A stretch of DNA of 64,000 nucleotides from Nemertoderma westbladi (taxonomy: Eukaryota > Animalia > Xenacoelomorpha). The notes below the pieces were generated by a model. That model saw nothing but the letters and a program-made list of their open reading frames with translations. It made no database searches and was not told where the DNA came from. The stretch spans positions 1 to 64,000 of the forward strand of contig JAUCBJ010000579.1 in NCBI GenBank assembly GCA_032718475.1. The letters are read 5' to 3'. Positions within the stretch are counted from its first letter, which is position 1. Each line of letters begins with the position of its first letter. This document shows, piece after piece, positions 1 to 11,266 of this stretch. Made by a program: the position numbers and the translations under genes.

Positions 1-16
1 TGCTACAGGGGACCGG

Positions 17-3000
17 ATGGAAGTTTTGCGGAGAGAATATCACACGCGGTATCCCTACGACTTCGCTTTGGACGTATGTGACATTAGTGCAGACCCGGAT
101 GAGGAGATCGCACGACTGTACCATATGAATATGTATTTACGACACGAAGAACCTCTACCTGCAATCCGAGATCAGTTCGACGGAATGCATCTGTACCAGA
201 GGACTCGAGGCGAGGATCAGGAGACGCCGAAAGTCTTCAGCGTGTATAAGCTCTTCTACAAGTGTGGTGAATGCATGAATAAGCAAGACGTGGCGATTCC
301 CGACCGACTAGACGAGCAACATCCGGAACCGATATTAACGCGATGTCCAGCTCACCAGTTCCTTAGATACAATGAGGGAGGTTACCCGATGAGCAACCCG
401 ATGATCAGTATCAACTTCAGCGGAAAGCGACCTCCGAGACCCATTACGCCGACCGTTACGACATTAGATCCGTATACGGAGATTAAACCCTGTTCGACAC
501 CCAGTTTGATAGAAACGGCAGCGGCCATTTCGCTGTACCGAGCCTATAAGGATCTAGAGGCGCGGCGCGAAGCGGCACGGGACTCGGGTACCAAACCCGC
601 GGGTTTGGAGCTCTCGAGTCCCTGGACTGCGTTTACTTCACCTCACCGAGCGAGAAGCCTCACGCCTGAGCATCAGGACGACATAGACGCGTTGCGGCAG
701 GAGGAGCGAGCGGCGAAGGCGAAAGAGTTATTTGAGAATAGGAGAGCGGAGTATAATAAGACCGCGGATAGACATCAAGAGGAGACGAGGAGAGTGACCG
801 GATTTGTTCCACAGGTCGTATCTCAACCCCGACCGGTGTATTATTCCGACGGCACCGAACCTGCGATATTAGTAGATCATCCGGAGTCGCGAGAAGCAAT
901 ACGATTCTTGCCTATGGTAAGAATGGCGGATCATTGGAACGTTGACTGTCTACGGGAAGTTTTATGCGCGAAGTTCTTGCGTGATGTCCCAATGCAGATC
1001 ACAGATTACGACACATTGGATAAGATTGGAGCTCCGGGGAAGGAGAGCAAATTATATGGATGGTTGGATAAGTACATCAAGGTATGGGTCGCGGTGGCTA
1101 CATTCCCAGACGACGAGGAGGTAGACCAGACGTGGCTGAGGAGGAAGGGTTCTTATACCCGATATGATGACCACAAGGCTATCGAGCGCATGTGGACCCC
1201 ATCAGACGAGATTCAGCGTCAGTGGAGGAAAACGGAGGAATCACTGCAGGATTGGAGGGTGATGTTCTACGACAATGAAGGAGGGTCCCATCAAGAATGT
1301 TTGACCAGCAAGTGTATTCAAATTCGTGCGGCCGATGGTGTGACTCATGTGTTTATGCGTGTGAGGGCGGATCAAGAGAGACCGGAGCCCATCATAACGA
1401 CACAATATCGGAAAGGGAAGGATCCTAGGGAGCAGATTTTGGAGGTATGCAGGCGAGGAGGTATGCACGGAGCGGAGCGTATCGACGCCAGGATGCTACC
1501 CAAGAAAGTTAGAGAGGCTATTCTCAACCAAGATTACGTCAAGGTGGGATCGGGAGTCCAGAGCGATTTGGAGAGCGACTTCAATGCCATGACTGATCTG
1601 GAAGATAGATTGCCGAGACCGTTTGTCGACACCAAGCTATTGTTGCTATGGGCACAGGATATTGGAATTTATAGGGAGTATCCCAACTCTGCCAAGACTG
1701 GTATGGGCTTTATAGCACACTTGTTGTACAATTGGGACTTTAAGTTAAAGACGCAGAAGAAGTACGAGGAGGCGTATGGCGAATACAACACGCCACCGGG
1801 AGCGGAGTTCAAATCCCACTTCAAGCGGCAAGCGTTAGTGTATTGGAACATTTGCGCGCCACCCCGTGCGTCGCTACAATATTATTTGGTGCTTGAGTCG
1901 AACACGGTGACTTGTTTATTAGCGGATATCGTTGCGCGAGTTTTGAAGCGTCATCCATTGGTATTCGGAGGAGATCAATACGTTCGCTCGAAAGGGGGAA
2001 TCCAATCCGACGTGATGAAGCGTTTCTTAACCCCGTTCTTCAACCAATCGTTAGAGAATACGTCGATGGTTAGGAGAGGATTAGCGACATTCCAAGGAGT
2101 ATATCGACAGAATATCGGAGATTTGGGAGACCGACCGTCGATGGAGTATCCGACGCCAGAGGCTTTGGAGAAGTGGTTCGGGAATCAAACCCGCGGGTTT
2201 GGTACTCCCTTCCACTCGGAGGCTGATAGACCTGTTAAGGAGGGCTGGCCGGAGACGTTAGTAGAGGTGTTCGGAGTAGATCTTCCGGTGGAGAAGACAT
2301 ATCCGAAACGAACGCGGGAGGAAATATTGGAGATAGAGGACAAGGGCGAGGATGTTTACTTTGTTCCGGATCGACAACCGTTGACCGGAGAGGACGACAT
2401 CGTATTAGACATTGGGAAGGAAGGAAGTGCGAAACCGATTGGAGACCTCATATACGACAGGGCCTGGTTTCCACAAGCGCGTAGGTGCAAGTTGTGCGGC
2501 AGCACAAGGCACAATCTAAAGTCGTGCGATGCGGTAGTAGAGGCGGCACATAAGGTCTGTCGTTGGTGTAATGAGACCGACCATTCGTTTCACACGTGCA
2601 CCGTCTTCATTTCTCAATGTGGATATTGTGGGGTAAAGGGACATCGTAGCGCGAGATGTCAGCTGCGAGATGATTCCTTTCAAAACCATAGCGCTAACCT
2701 ACTTCGGGAGATGTTAGATAAGTGGGAGAGTGTGGCTGACTACCATATTCAAGCGCAGATGCGTTGGTTACCATTTAAGGCGGGATATGGATTTTGGGCA
2801 GTGGACCCATCACATGTTGCGTACGAGCCATATCTACAATCGCTACCACAATATCAGGAACTCATCCTAACTGCTCAAGACCTTCCACAGAACACTGGAG
2901 TTATCGTAGTCCGAGAATACTTCAGACAGTTGAATATGGACAATAAGTACACCTGGAACTTCGTTGCTATTTGCGATCGCATCACGAAGGGTGTATTTAC

Positions 3001-3526
3001 GGAGACTAGAAAAGTGGTACGCGCGCGAGGTGATTGGAGGATGGCGGCTATTCAATACCGCAACGAATTCTTGTTGACTCATGTGCCAGTGGGTTCATTG
3101 ACCGCTGAGAGGATACGGGAACAGAGGATCGCAGTGACCACAGCGACGACCGCTGGAGCTCAAGGCTCGCGGAAGGAACCAGGAGGAGGGGTCCAAGACA
3201 AGCGTCAAGTCAAGGACAACCACTATCACTCTATTATAGAAGCACAGAGGTTGCAGCGCAAGGCGCAGGGAGCGTCGGAGAAGGCGCGTGTGCAACTGCA
3301 TAAGGAAGAGTTGGCGGAAGCGACCACAGGAGCACGACAATTGGGACGAGGCCAAGGGAGAAGTACCAGCCGGGAATCTGTCGGGGCTCAGGGAACATCG
3401 TCGCCGGTTCCGGGGAGTGACGCCTCACGGACGCCGTCAACGGAGTCGACTGGAGGACGACTGGTGTATCTGGGCAGGGGGCGAAAGAGAGGAGCGAGCC
3501 CAAAGAACCCAGGAGGGGGTCTATAA
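17..3526 (+). CDS. 1169-aa (possibly 5'-incomplete) ORF with a DEDDy-type 3'-5' exonuclease domain (WRN-exo/Mut-7/RNase D-like) and three CCHC zinc knuckles; probable accessory ORF of a retroelement
   Basis: Uninterrupted GC-richer ORF whose frame is open back to position 2. ExoI 'MFYDNEGG' (DxE, ~1262), then 'CIQIRAADG', 'LPKKVREAILNQDYVKVGSGVQSDL' (WRN-exo-like ExoII), 'FVDT' and 'YWN..PPRASLQYYLVLE' (ExoIII-like, Yx3E). Three C-x2-C-x4-H-x4-C knuckles at ~2486-2660 (CKLCGSTRHNLKSC, CRWCNETDHSFHTC, CGYCGVKGHRSARC). Basic low-complexity C-terminal tail. Confidence 0.75.
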   Translation: MEVLRREYHTRYPYDFALDVCDISADPDEEIARLYHMNMYLRHEEPLPAIRDQFDGMHLYQRTRGEDQETPKVFSVYKLFYKCGECMNKQDVAIPDRLDEQHPEPILTRCPAHQFLRYNEGGYPMSNPMISINFSGKRPPRPITPTVTTLDPYTEIKPCSTPSLIETAAAISLYRAYKDLEARREAARDSGTKPAGLELSSPWTAFTSPHRARSLTPEHQDDIDALRQEERAAKAKELFENRRAEYNKTADRHQEETRRVTGFVPQVVSQPRPVYYSDGTEPAILVDHPESREAIRFLPMVRMADHWNVDCLREVLCAKFLRDVPMQITDYDTLDKIGAPGKESKLYGWLDKYIKVWVAVATFPDDEEVDQTWLRRKGSYTRYDDHKAIERMWTPSDEIQRQWRKTEESLQDWRVMFYDNEGGSHQECLTSKCIQIRAADGVTHVFMRVRADQERPEPIITTQYRKGKDPREQILEVCRRGGMHGAERIDARMLPKKVREAILNQDYVKVGSGVQSDLESDFNAMTDLEDRLPRPFVDTKLLLLWAQDIGIYREYPNSAKTGMGFIAHLLYNWDFKLKTQKKYEEAYGEYNTPPGAEFKSHFKRQALVYWNICAPPRASLQYYLVLESNTVTCLLADIVARVLKRHPLVFGGDQYVRSKGGIQSDVMKRFLTPFFNQSLENTSMVRRGLATFQGVYRQNIGDLGDRPSMEYPTPEALEKWFGNQTRGFGTPFHSEADRPVKEGWPETLVEVFGVDLPVEKTYPKRTREEILEIEDKGEDVYFVPDRQPLTGEDDIVLDIGKEGSAKPIGDLIYDRAWFPQARRCKLCGSTRHNLKSCDAVVEAAHKVCRWCNETDHSFHTCTVFISQCGYCGVKGHRSARCQLRDDSFQNHSANLLREMLDKWESVADYHIQAQMRWLPFKAGYGFWAVDPSHVAYEPYLQSLPQYQELILTAQDLPQNTGVIVVREYFRQLNMDNKYTWNFVAICDRITKGVFTETRKVVRARGDWRMAAIQYRNEFLLTHVPVGSLTAERIREQRIAVTTATTAGAQGSRKEPGGGVQDKRQVKDNHYHSIIEAQRLQRKAQGASEKARVQLHKEELAEATTGARQLGRGQGRSTSRESVGAQGTSSPVPGSDASRTPSTESTGGRLVYLGRGRKRGASPKNPGGGL

Positions 3527-3995
3527 TACATTATAGCACAGGGCGACAGACTCTAGATATATACATCATCGTCGCTCTGATGTATATTGTAGCATTTAGA
3601 AATCTTCGACTAGACTCATATACACTAGTTGAGCTGTTTTGAATTTATATTATGAGAGAGGCGAAGGAAGTGATTGGGGAGACAAACCTGCGGGTTTGGC
3701 TTACTCCTTTCACTTGCCCTAGCAAATTTTATATTTGATCTTGTATGTAATAATCATTATGTAGTAAGAACGAGAAACAATATTTTGTAAATTTAATTTG
3801 AATGAGAGAGATAATATTTGTAAATTTAATTTGTATGCAATTCATTATGCAATATCTATAGCAATATTTTGTAAATAGTAGGATTTATAGTATCAAGTAT
3901 TTAGATTATTTGGAAGAAATTTATTTTGTTTGTATACATCACCTTATACTCTTCTACAGTTGGAGGGAAACATTATATGATTTCCCTTGGAGCGG

Positions 3996-6165
3996 TGTTA
4001 CGGTATATGGCGCTGTATCCACATATATTAGTCCGTTATACTGTACACAATATTAGTCCGTTATACTGTATGTAATATTAGTCCGTTGTGCAGCATAATA
4101 TTTTAGATAAGATATAATAGCGAGGTGATATTTAGATAGGGAAACCAAAACGCCCATATATTTGAATCCATCCGTTTTGTATAATATGTAGCCCTACCTA
4201 CGTAATTTTGTATTAGGATATATGTAGATAGTTCCAGGGTAGCAAGTTTAGTCGGACCCTGGATTTCGTGCTTGCTGATATTAGCTTCAATAGGGCTAGC
4301 ATATAGGGACGCTGTCCTGGCCATTCAGCAGCCAGGGACATGATCCATTACCATATATGGTAATAATTTGAGGTTTGGGCAGCAATAGGGCTACAATCCG
4401 GCCTCCTTATTGGACTAACTGCTTCCAGCTTGGTCTAATGCTAGCGCGGACTGGAGAGCCAATAGGAGAGCGATTGAGTCACCCTATTGCATCACCCCAT
4501 CCGGATCACCTATAAATTGGCGTTTTGCCGGTATTACTTCTGTGATGTTACGCTTACTTGCTGAGCTGTCCCTATTCATTTTGACGGATATTTTAGCGTA
4601 TTTCTGCAATTTGCTAGTTTCGATTAATTTCTCAAAATGCTTTGCTAGTGCGATTATTCTTGACTGTGTTTCTCAATTAATTCCATCGATTACTGCTAAT
4701 TACAACTGGAACTATGATTTCTACCTTTTGTTAATGGTTCTATGTGATTCCTTTCTACGCAATAATCCTAAGGGATTTCTGAGACTGTCAGACTTTGTGA
4801 TTTGCATGCGCCGCTACGGTAGCTATTAGCATAATGAAGGGCTAAGGTGCCAGTGGGCGGTGGGCACATCGGGGGGTTGAGCGACTAAGGGAGAGCGGAG
4901 GATTCAAAAGCGAGCAACGCTGGCGGGGGGTCACCATTGCGGTCGGGTAGATCACGCTGTGGTATGCAGACCAATCGCCGGTACGGTAATTAGGGGGCTG
5001 ATGATCCAGGTTTCGTCTCTATTTAGTATTAGCGGGGCAGGAATCAGGTTAGTTAGGAGTCCTATATGTACCCGGGAGAGGCCTGCACGTATCACAACGT
5101 GGAGTGTGAAGTACGAATAGTGAGTCGCATAACTGTGGGCTATACAGTAGTTAACTGCATAATTGTGATCTGTGATTGCTGACGCTGATTGGTGTGTTAT
5201 TGAAGTGCCTACGATTGTGAATGTTTAGGTAGGCGCCCTTTTTCCTTTGATTGATTTCTATTTCTTAGTTACAACAATTAGTTACTGATTAGGTCAAAGT
5301 AATATGGCAATTTAGGCTATTACTAGCGAAACCTGTTGCGTAATAAATTAGAATTACGTATTCTGGAACTCTTAGTAATTAGTACGCTGTTACATATTTG
5401 TGACTGTAATTGATTAGTAAAAATTAAGAATTAGTACGCAGCATAGCGGAGAGTAGCTAAGGTAATAATTAGAGTACTGTAAACTATTCACGCTGAGCGG
5501 TTATTTGCATTAGCGGGCAATCAGCTAGATCGCACTATTCGGTATACACACAACACGCTAGTAATTTGCTGGCCTAAAGCCAGCTGCAGGCAAGTTTAGA
5601 CCCAGCGCGGTACTATCCACGTAGAGACAAATACTGTACCATTTTTGATATTTTTAAATATTCTCGCATTCACACATTACGTTAGGGAACCCCCAGTATT
5701 CGCGATTAGAAAAGACGTAGGCAATAGCGTGCTTTAATAGTGATAGAATTAGGCGTAAGAATACTCTGAGTGCAAAGCCTCTCGCACTCGTCTTAAGTAA
5801 GCTTAGGGAGCCGACTCGGGTTTATTGTTTTGGTTACTCCCGCGTGGCTCATAGATTCGAACAGTTAGCTCTCTGTCGAGCAATCGGTAGAGAAAGGAAC
5901 AAGCGATTTTGCAGGAGTTGTGTAAAATTAGTAAATATATTAGCAGACGGCAGATTAGCGCCATCTAACGGTAAGTAGCGGTTTTGTATTTAGCAACCTT
6001 TACAATTTAGTAATATCACGCTCCTGATCCCCTTTACTTAACAGTAGAGCAGTCTTTGTGTCTTATTGGTTAGGCGAGAGCTCATTAGGTTGGCAGAAGG
6101 ATATTAACGGGTATTTGTCTGTTCAACAGTTCTGCTGTTAGTATAGAGGTCGCGGTTGTTTATCA
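3996..6165 (+). mobile_element. Putative 3' LTR (~2.17 kb) of the retroelement carrying the exonuclease ORF
   Basis: Starts TGTTAC after a short purine-rich run (GGAGCGG) and a hairpin (AGGGAAA...TTTCCCT). Ends TTATCA exactly where zinc-finger coding sequence begins abruptly (6166). TATA-like TATAAA near 4511, no long ORF, and short direct repeats (TATTAGTCCGTT x3, 4026-4088). The 5' LTR is not in the window. Confidence 0.5.
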
Positions 6166-6659
6166 GAATTCTTTATTACAATAACCGCACTTATGTTTGA
6201 TATCCTTATGTATAGAGTCGATATGTTGTTTTATGTAGTTTTTGTAACTGAATTCTTTATTACAATAACCGCACTTATATTTGATATCTTTATGTATAGA
6301 GTCGACATGTTGTTTTAGTTCGGCTTTTGCAGCAAATGTTTTCCACAATCGATACAGTTGTACTTGATATCTTTATGAAAGCAGTTCACATGGGTGTTTA
6401 GACTTCTTTGCTGACTGAATTCTTTATTACAATAACCGCACTTATGTTTGATATCTTTATGTATAGAGTCGATATGTAGTTTTAGGTAGTGTTTGTAACT
6501 GAATTCTTTATTACAATAACCGCACTTATATTTGATATCTTTATGTATAGAGTCGACATGTCGGTTTAGTACGTCTTTTCTAGCAAATGATTTTCCACAA
6601 TGAAAACAGTTGTACTTGATATCTTTATGAAAGTAGTTCACATGGGTGTTTAGACCCAC
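6166..6659 (-). pseudogene. Fragment of a C2H2 zinc-finger paralog (about 5 complete fingers), frameshifted and truncated by the LTR-like insertion
   Basis: Near-identical to fingers of the 7529-8791 gene (HKDIK[H/Y]KCGYCNKEF). A 1-bp deletion at ~6338 (AAATGTTTTCC vs AAATGATTTTCC) splits it into ORFs 6315-6659 and 6163-6348. It ends mid-finger at 6166. Confidence 0.85.
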
Positions 6660-7528
6660 AATACCAAACAGGATAATTTAAAATCGAAGATTTATTGTAA
6701 AATAAATCCCCATCCTATTGTAAAATTGTTTTATACTATAGAACATTTATTAGTGAAACTTATTTATCCTATTGTAAAATTTTCATATTTTGGGGTTTTC
6801 TCTTTCATCTGATACAGAATTTAATGGATATTTCAAATACTGTAATACAGTAAAACGGCTTGGCGAGATCTTTTTTAAATCTTGAGTTATCGCTGTCTTT
6901 CCGTTTACCAGTTTGTCCGTCAAAATTTAGAAAACAGGCAGACAAACCGTCACACAGACATACTGTATTGGATACCACTAAGCACTAAACATTAAAGCCT
7001 CCGGAAATGAAATCACCGACCCCAAAAATCAACAGATTGATAATTTTAATGAGTTGGTATGATGCCATAGTGTCAAACATTACTGACCGATTAACAGACT
7101 ACAGACTGTCAGGTTTGAGCGCGAAGGTTCAAACTTTAAAACAAATTAGAAAAAAAATCTCAGAATTACATTTTGCGTTTTTAATTTTTTGAAGATCTTG
7201 AAAGATTTTCCAGCACATTTTTGAAAAAATATTTTGCTCTAATATTTTTTACAACATAGATATTGACCTACAAAGCGAAGTTAGAGCTATTTAAAAAAAA
7301 ATATCATTAGGAGAACCCACCCCACCCCCCCCCCCCCCCCCCCCCTAAAATCAGCATCCCTGAAAACGTTAATAACCTGAAAATCAATGTATTTATTTGA
7401 TCAGTTACAAATATATTTCAGTACAAATACAACAATTTTGTTACCGGTAACTTTACGATTTATGAACATAATTGTAATGGTTGTTTAGGCAGTCTTGCCG
7501 GCTGAATTATGTATGACAGTAACCGCAC

Positions 7529-8791
7529 TTATTTGATATCCTTATGTATAGAGTCGACATGTTGATTTAGTACGTGTTTGTAACGGAATTCTTTATTACA
7601 ATAACCGCACTTATGTTTGATATCTTTATGTATAGAGTCGACATGTCGGTTTAGTACGTGTTTGTAACTGAATTCTTTATTACAATAACCGCACTTATAT
7701 TTAATATCTTGATGTATAGAGTCGACATGTTGTTTTAGTTCGGCTTTTGTAGCAAATGATTTTCCACAATCAGAACAGTTGTACTTGATATCTTTATGAA
7801 AGTAGTTGACATGGGTGTTTAGATTCCCTTGCTGACTGAATTCTTTATTACAATAACCGCACTTATGTTTGATATTTTTATGTATAGAGTCGACATGTAG
7901 TTTTAGTCCGGCTTTTGAAACAAATGATTTTCCACAATCGGAGCAGCTATACTTGATGATACCTTTGTGGGCAAAGATAATGTGGGTGTTTAGATCTTCT
8001 AGGGGGTTTAATTCTTTATTACAATAATCGCATTTATGTTTTATGTCTTTGTGAACGGATTCGATATGTTGATTTAGTTCGGCTGTTCTAGCAAATGATT
8101 TTCCACAATGAAAACAGTTGTACTTGATATATTTATGTATAGAGTCGACATGTCGTTTTAGTTCGAGATTGTAACTGAATTCTTTATGACAGTAACCGCA
8201 CTTATGTTTGATATCTTTATGGGTAGCGTCAACATGCTTCTTTACATAATTTTTGCGTTTAAACAGTTTCTCACAATAATCGCATTTATACTTATTCTCT
8301 ACGTCTTTATGAACGGATTCTATATGTATCTCTAAAATTCCTTTGTTATTAAATAATTCATTGCAATGCAAACAGGAACTGGTGTCTGAAGAAGATACCA
8401 ACTTCCCAACAGTTTCATTAGAACTACCGGGCTCTGTTGTTGCACAACTGATTGTCGCTTCTGTACCTTCAGTTTCAATAGGCCTACCATAAGAACACTC
8501 TGCGCTGTCGTTTTCCCGTTTTTCAACAATAAAAGAATCTTCAGATGGTTCATAAGAAATATCTTCGTCATCTAGTACAGGGACAACATCTACTCTACCG
8601 AACAAATTGTTGTGATCTTCGATGGTAGATGATCCATATACGCAGTTCTCTTCTTTAACATCAAGAGAATAGGTGATACAGTCTGTTGGTTCTCTCTTTA
8701 TGATTATAAAGTCTGTTTGTTCTTTCTTTATAACTATACCGGCACCAGATAATTTCTCTTTCAATAAATTAGTATGTTGATCCATTATCAA
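7529..8791 (-). CDS. Intronless C2H2 zinc-finger protein, 10 fingers of HX4H type with KDIK(H/Y) linkers
   Basis: 420-aa ORF with an acidic N-terminus containing IKKE/IKRE/VKEE motifs, then ten C-x2-C-x12-H-x4-H fingers. The stop arises from a 2-nt deletion relative to the other finger units, and a degenerate 11th finger follows (~7455-7528). Confidence 0.85.
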   Translation of the reverse strand: MIMDQHTNLLKEKLSGAGIVIKKEQTDFIIIKREPTDCITYSLDVKEENCVYGSSTIEDHNNLFGRVDVVPVLDDEDISYEPSEDSFIVEKRENDSAECSYGRPIETEGTEATISCATTEPGSSNETVGKLVSSSDTSSCLHCNELFNNKGILEIHIESVHKDVENKYKCDYCEKLFKRKNYVKKHVDATHKDIKHKCGYCHKEFSYNLELKRHVDSIHKYIKYNCFHCGKSFARTAELNQHIESVHKDIKHKCDYCNKELNPLEDLNTHIIFAHKGIIKYSCSDCGKSFVSKAGLKLHVDSIHKNIKHKCGYCNKEFSQQGNLNTHVNYFHKDIKYNCSDCGKSFATKAELKQHVDSIHQDIKYKCGYCNKEFSYKHVLNRHVDSIHKDIKHKCGYCNKEFRYKHVLNQHVDSIHKDIK

Positions 8792-10359
8792 ATCTTCAAT
8801 AAATATTAATCAATAAATTAAATACAGGTGGCAGTAGTTTTAGGTATGTCAAGCTCTTCACTAATATAAATTTCATGCGATGTAAATATAATAAATAGAT
8901 GATATAAGGGCGTTCAAAAGTTGCATGTCGCTGTAACGGAAAAGAGCAGGTTATACAGTACCGCTTTCAAACAACGTCGCATTGGATCCTAGTACAGGAT
9001 CCAAGTCACTGATTCACTACTGTAGGAAAACTTTCAATACGTCAATATGCACTATCCGCCTAGAGTAGTAGTTTAAATTAGGGTTGAAACTGACAACCAA
9101 ACGTATTATTTGGGAAATTCGCAGGACCGAGCGATGATGTAAAAACATACAACTTTAGAATGCCAACATCTCGGCAATTTCTTGATAGCATTCAAATGTT
9201 TTCACAGAGTTTAGAAATATTACTCACCCACATTAAAATAGAAGCAACACCCGGTTTCATTTTTATAAGAATTTTTTTCTACCAGCATGTGACAGGGAAG
9301 AGGATACATTGAAACAGAGTCTGGGCTCCAGGGCCAAATTAGCTAAAGGTAATTAAAAGAGAAACATTATAATTATAAATATGTACCTATCTTAACATTT
9401 TTACATCATCCAGCCGATCTCCTTACTCCAGGTATTGCTTGGTATATTTGCATTTTTCTATACGACAGTTCCTATGTAGCAAACTTCGCCTGCGTTTGAA
9501 CTTAAGTAATTAACAGTAATTAATTACCGGTACCTAATATTTAAACAAAAACTCAAGTTCGCGTAGCTAATTATAAAACTGTAACCTGTAAAGCCCGTCG
9601 CTACAGACATTGTCAATACTGCTAACTTTGAAGGTCGTTTTCACTTGGTTGCTATGGTATTTTCAAAAAACTAAATATAAACCAGCTCATCCATTTGGTG
9701 AAGTCAACCCGATTTGTATATAATGTCCCATATCAGTATTAAACATCAATATGGGCTAGCTGAGTCGAATAAAAACACTTACGGGCCATAGGCTGGAGCC
9801 TGTATTACATATAGAAACACCTAGATTTATAAACATTGAGGCAGAAAACAATAGTTCGACATATTTTTTCCGACGAAAATACGAAATTAAACATTGTAAT
9901 ATTTCCGTTGCTATGTTAACCCAAGCGTGATGTTTAAATTTCAAAATAGATAACAATTCAACCAGTGAGTGTGTAGGAGTGTGGAATAATCCAACCGGTG
10001 TGGTATCGTTAGACCGGAGCCAGATTTTTGCCGGAGCCGGAACCGGACCGGGTAAATTCCAAAAGTACCGGAGCCGGAACCGGATTCGGGTAAGTAATAT
10101 TAAAGAAATATATATTGAGGCCTGGTATGACTGTATGACCTACAGGCAGACAGGTACCAGTACCACTGTCATAATAGACTAACATACTAGTTATAATACT
10201 GTAATAGGACCTGGCATGTTGCAGTTAGTCCACTACACAGCTACATTTATTTAGCTTATTTAGTGAGCCAACTTCTGCACTTTCCTGCTTTCTGACTTTG
10301 TTTTTACTCATAAACCAGTACATTAGTCTGGTAGTTTTATTAGATATTAAACCTAACTG

Positions 10360-11266
10360 CCAGGTTGGAATTCATGCATGAGCGCGCAGGTACGCTTTGT
10401 TGTTTTGAAATCACCGCGCACCTGAAATTGACTCGTCGCGCACCTCATCATATGTCATAATCCAAACAAAATCGCGCAGCTCATGTCATGCATATCTCAA
10501 AAAATCGCACAGTTCATAAGAACAATTTTACATTCCTATTTTACAAGTTTGAGCGTTTTAAGCTTATCTTTACGTCTGTCTGTCTGTACGTTGAATCTAG
10601 GCTTACATAATAAATGTAATTTTTGCAACATCAAAATTGTTAATATTAAAAAATATTTTTTTAATCCACTACTATGGTGGGCCATCGGGCTCACTGCTTT
10701 TATAACAGAAAATATTATTTTAGATTACAAACAAAACATGTACCGGTAATTTCAAAAAAACGAATATTGAAATAGGTACCAGTCTGCCAATAATACTTTG
10801 TATAGGCCTACCTAACAATTAGGCTTAAACATACAGTTGGCTTATAATTAAGTCATACTTATAATACATTGTTACTTTCTGACTTTACCTGTTTACTAAG
10901 TAACATCGGCATAGCATAGACCTAATAACAATACAACAATAGAGTACCGGTACTGTAGTTAAAATAAATAGACAAATTCAGCTCCGGTTGCCGGTATTAC
11001 AGTATTATGGTGAAGTGATTTGACTGTTTGAAGAATTGGAAATGAGAAACTAATGCGAGCGTAGCGAGCGAAATTTTTTTGTGTATTTTCGTGATTTCAA
11101 TTAATTTGTGGTGCGCATCAGAGGCAGAGCTGCGCGCTGAGGCGCAACGCGCACCTGTCTCACACCCGAACGCGCACCTGTCTCACCCAAACGCGCAACG
11201 CGCATCTGGTTTGCGGTCATTCGCGCAGGTACGCGTCCGAGTTTTGCAGCATGAATTCCAACCTGG
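10360..11266. mobile_element. Non-autonomous hAT-like element (907 bp)
   Basis: Perfect 18-bp TIR CCAGGTTGGAATTCATGC / GCATGAATTCCAACCTGG, 8-bp TSD CCTAACTG on both sides, subterminal GCGCACCT/GCGCAGGT repeats. Confidence 0.9.

Noticed and set aside
17-3526. ORF as a standard gag, pol or env
   Set aside because: No protease, RT (YxDD), integrase or transmembrane/fusion signature was recognised. The knuckles follow an exonuclease-like domain rather than a capsid domain.
10008-10092. CCGGAGCCGGAACCGG subterminal-type repeats
   Set aside because: Probably a hAT-type MITE end, but the boundaries could not be defined.
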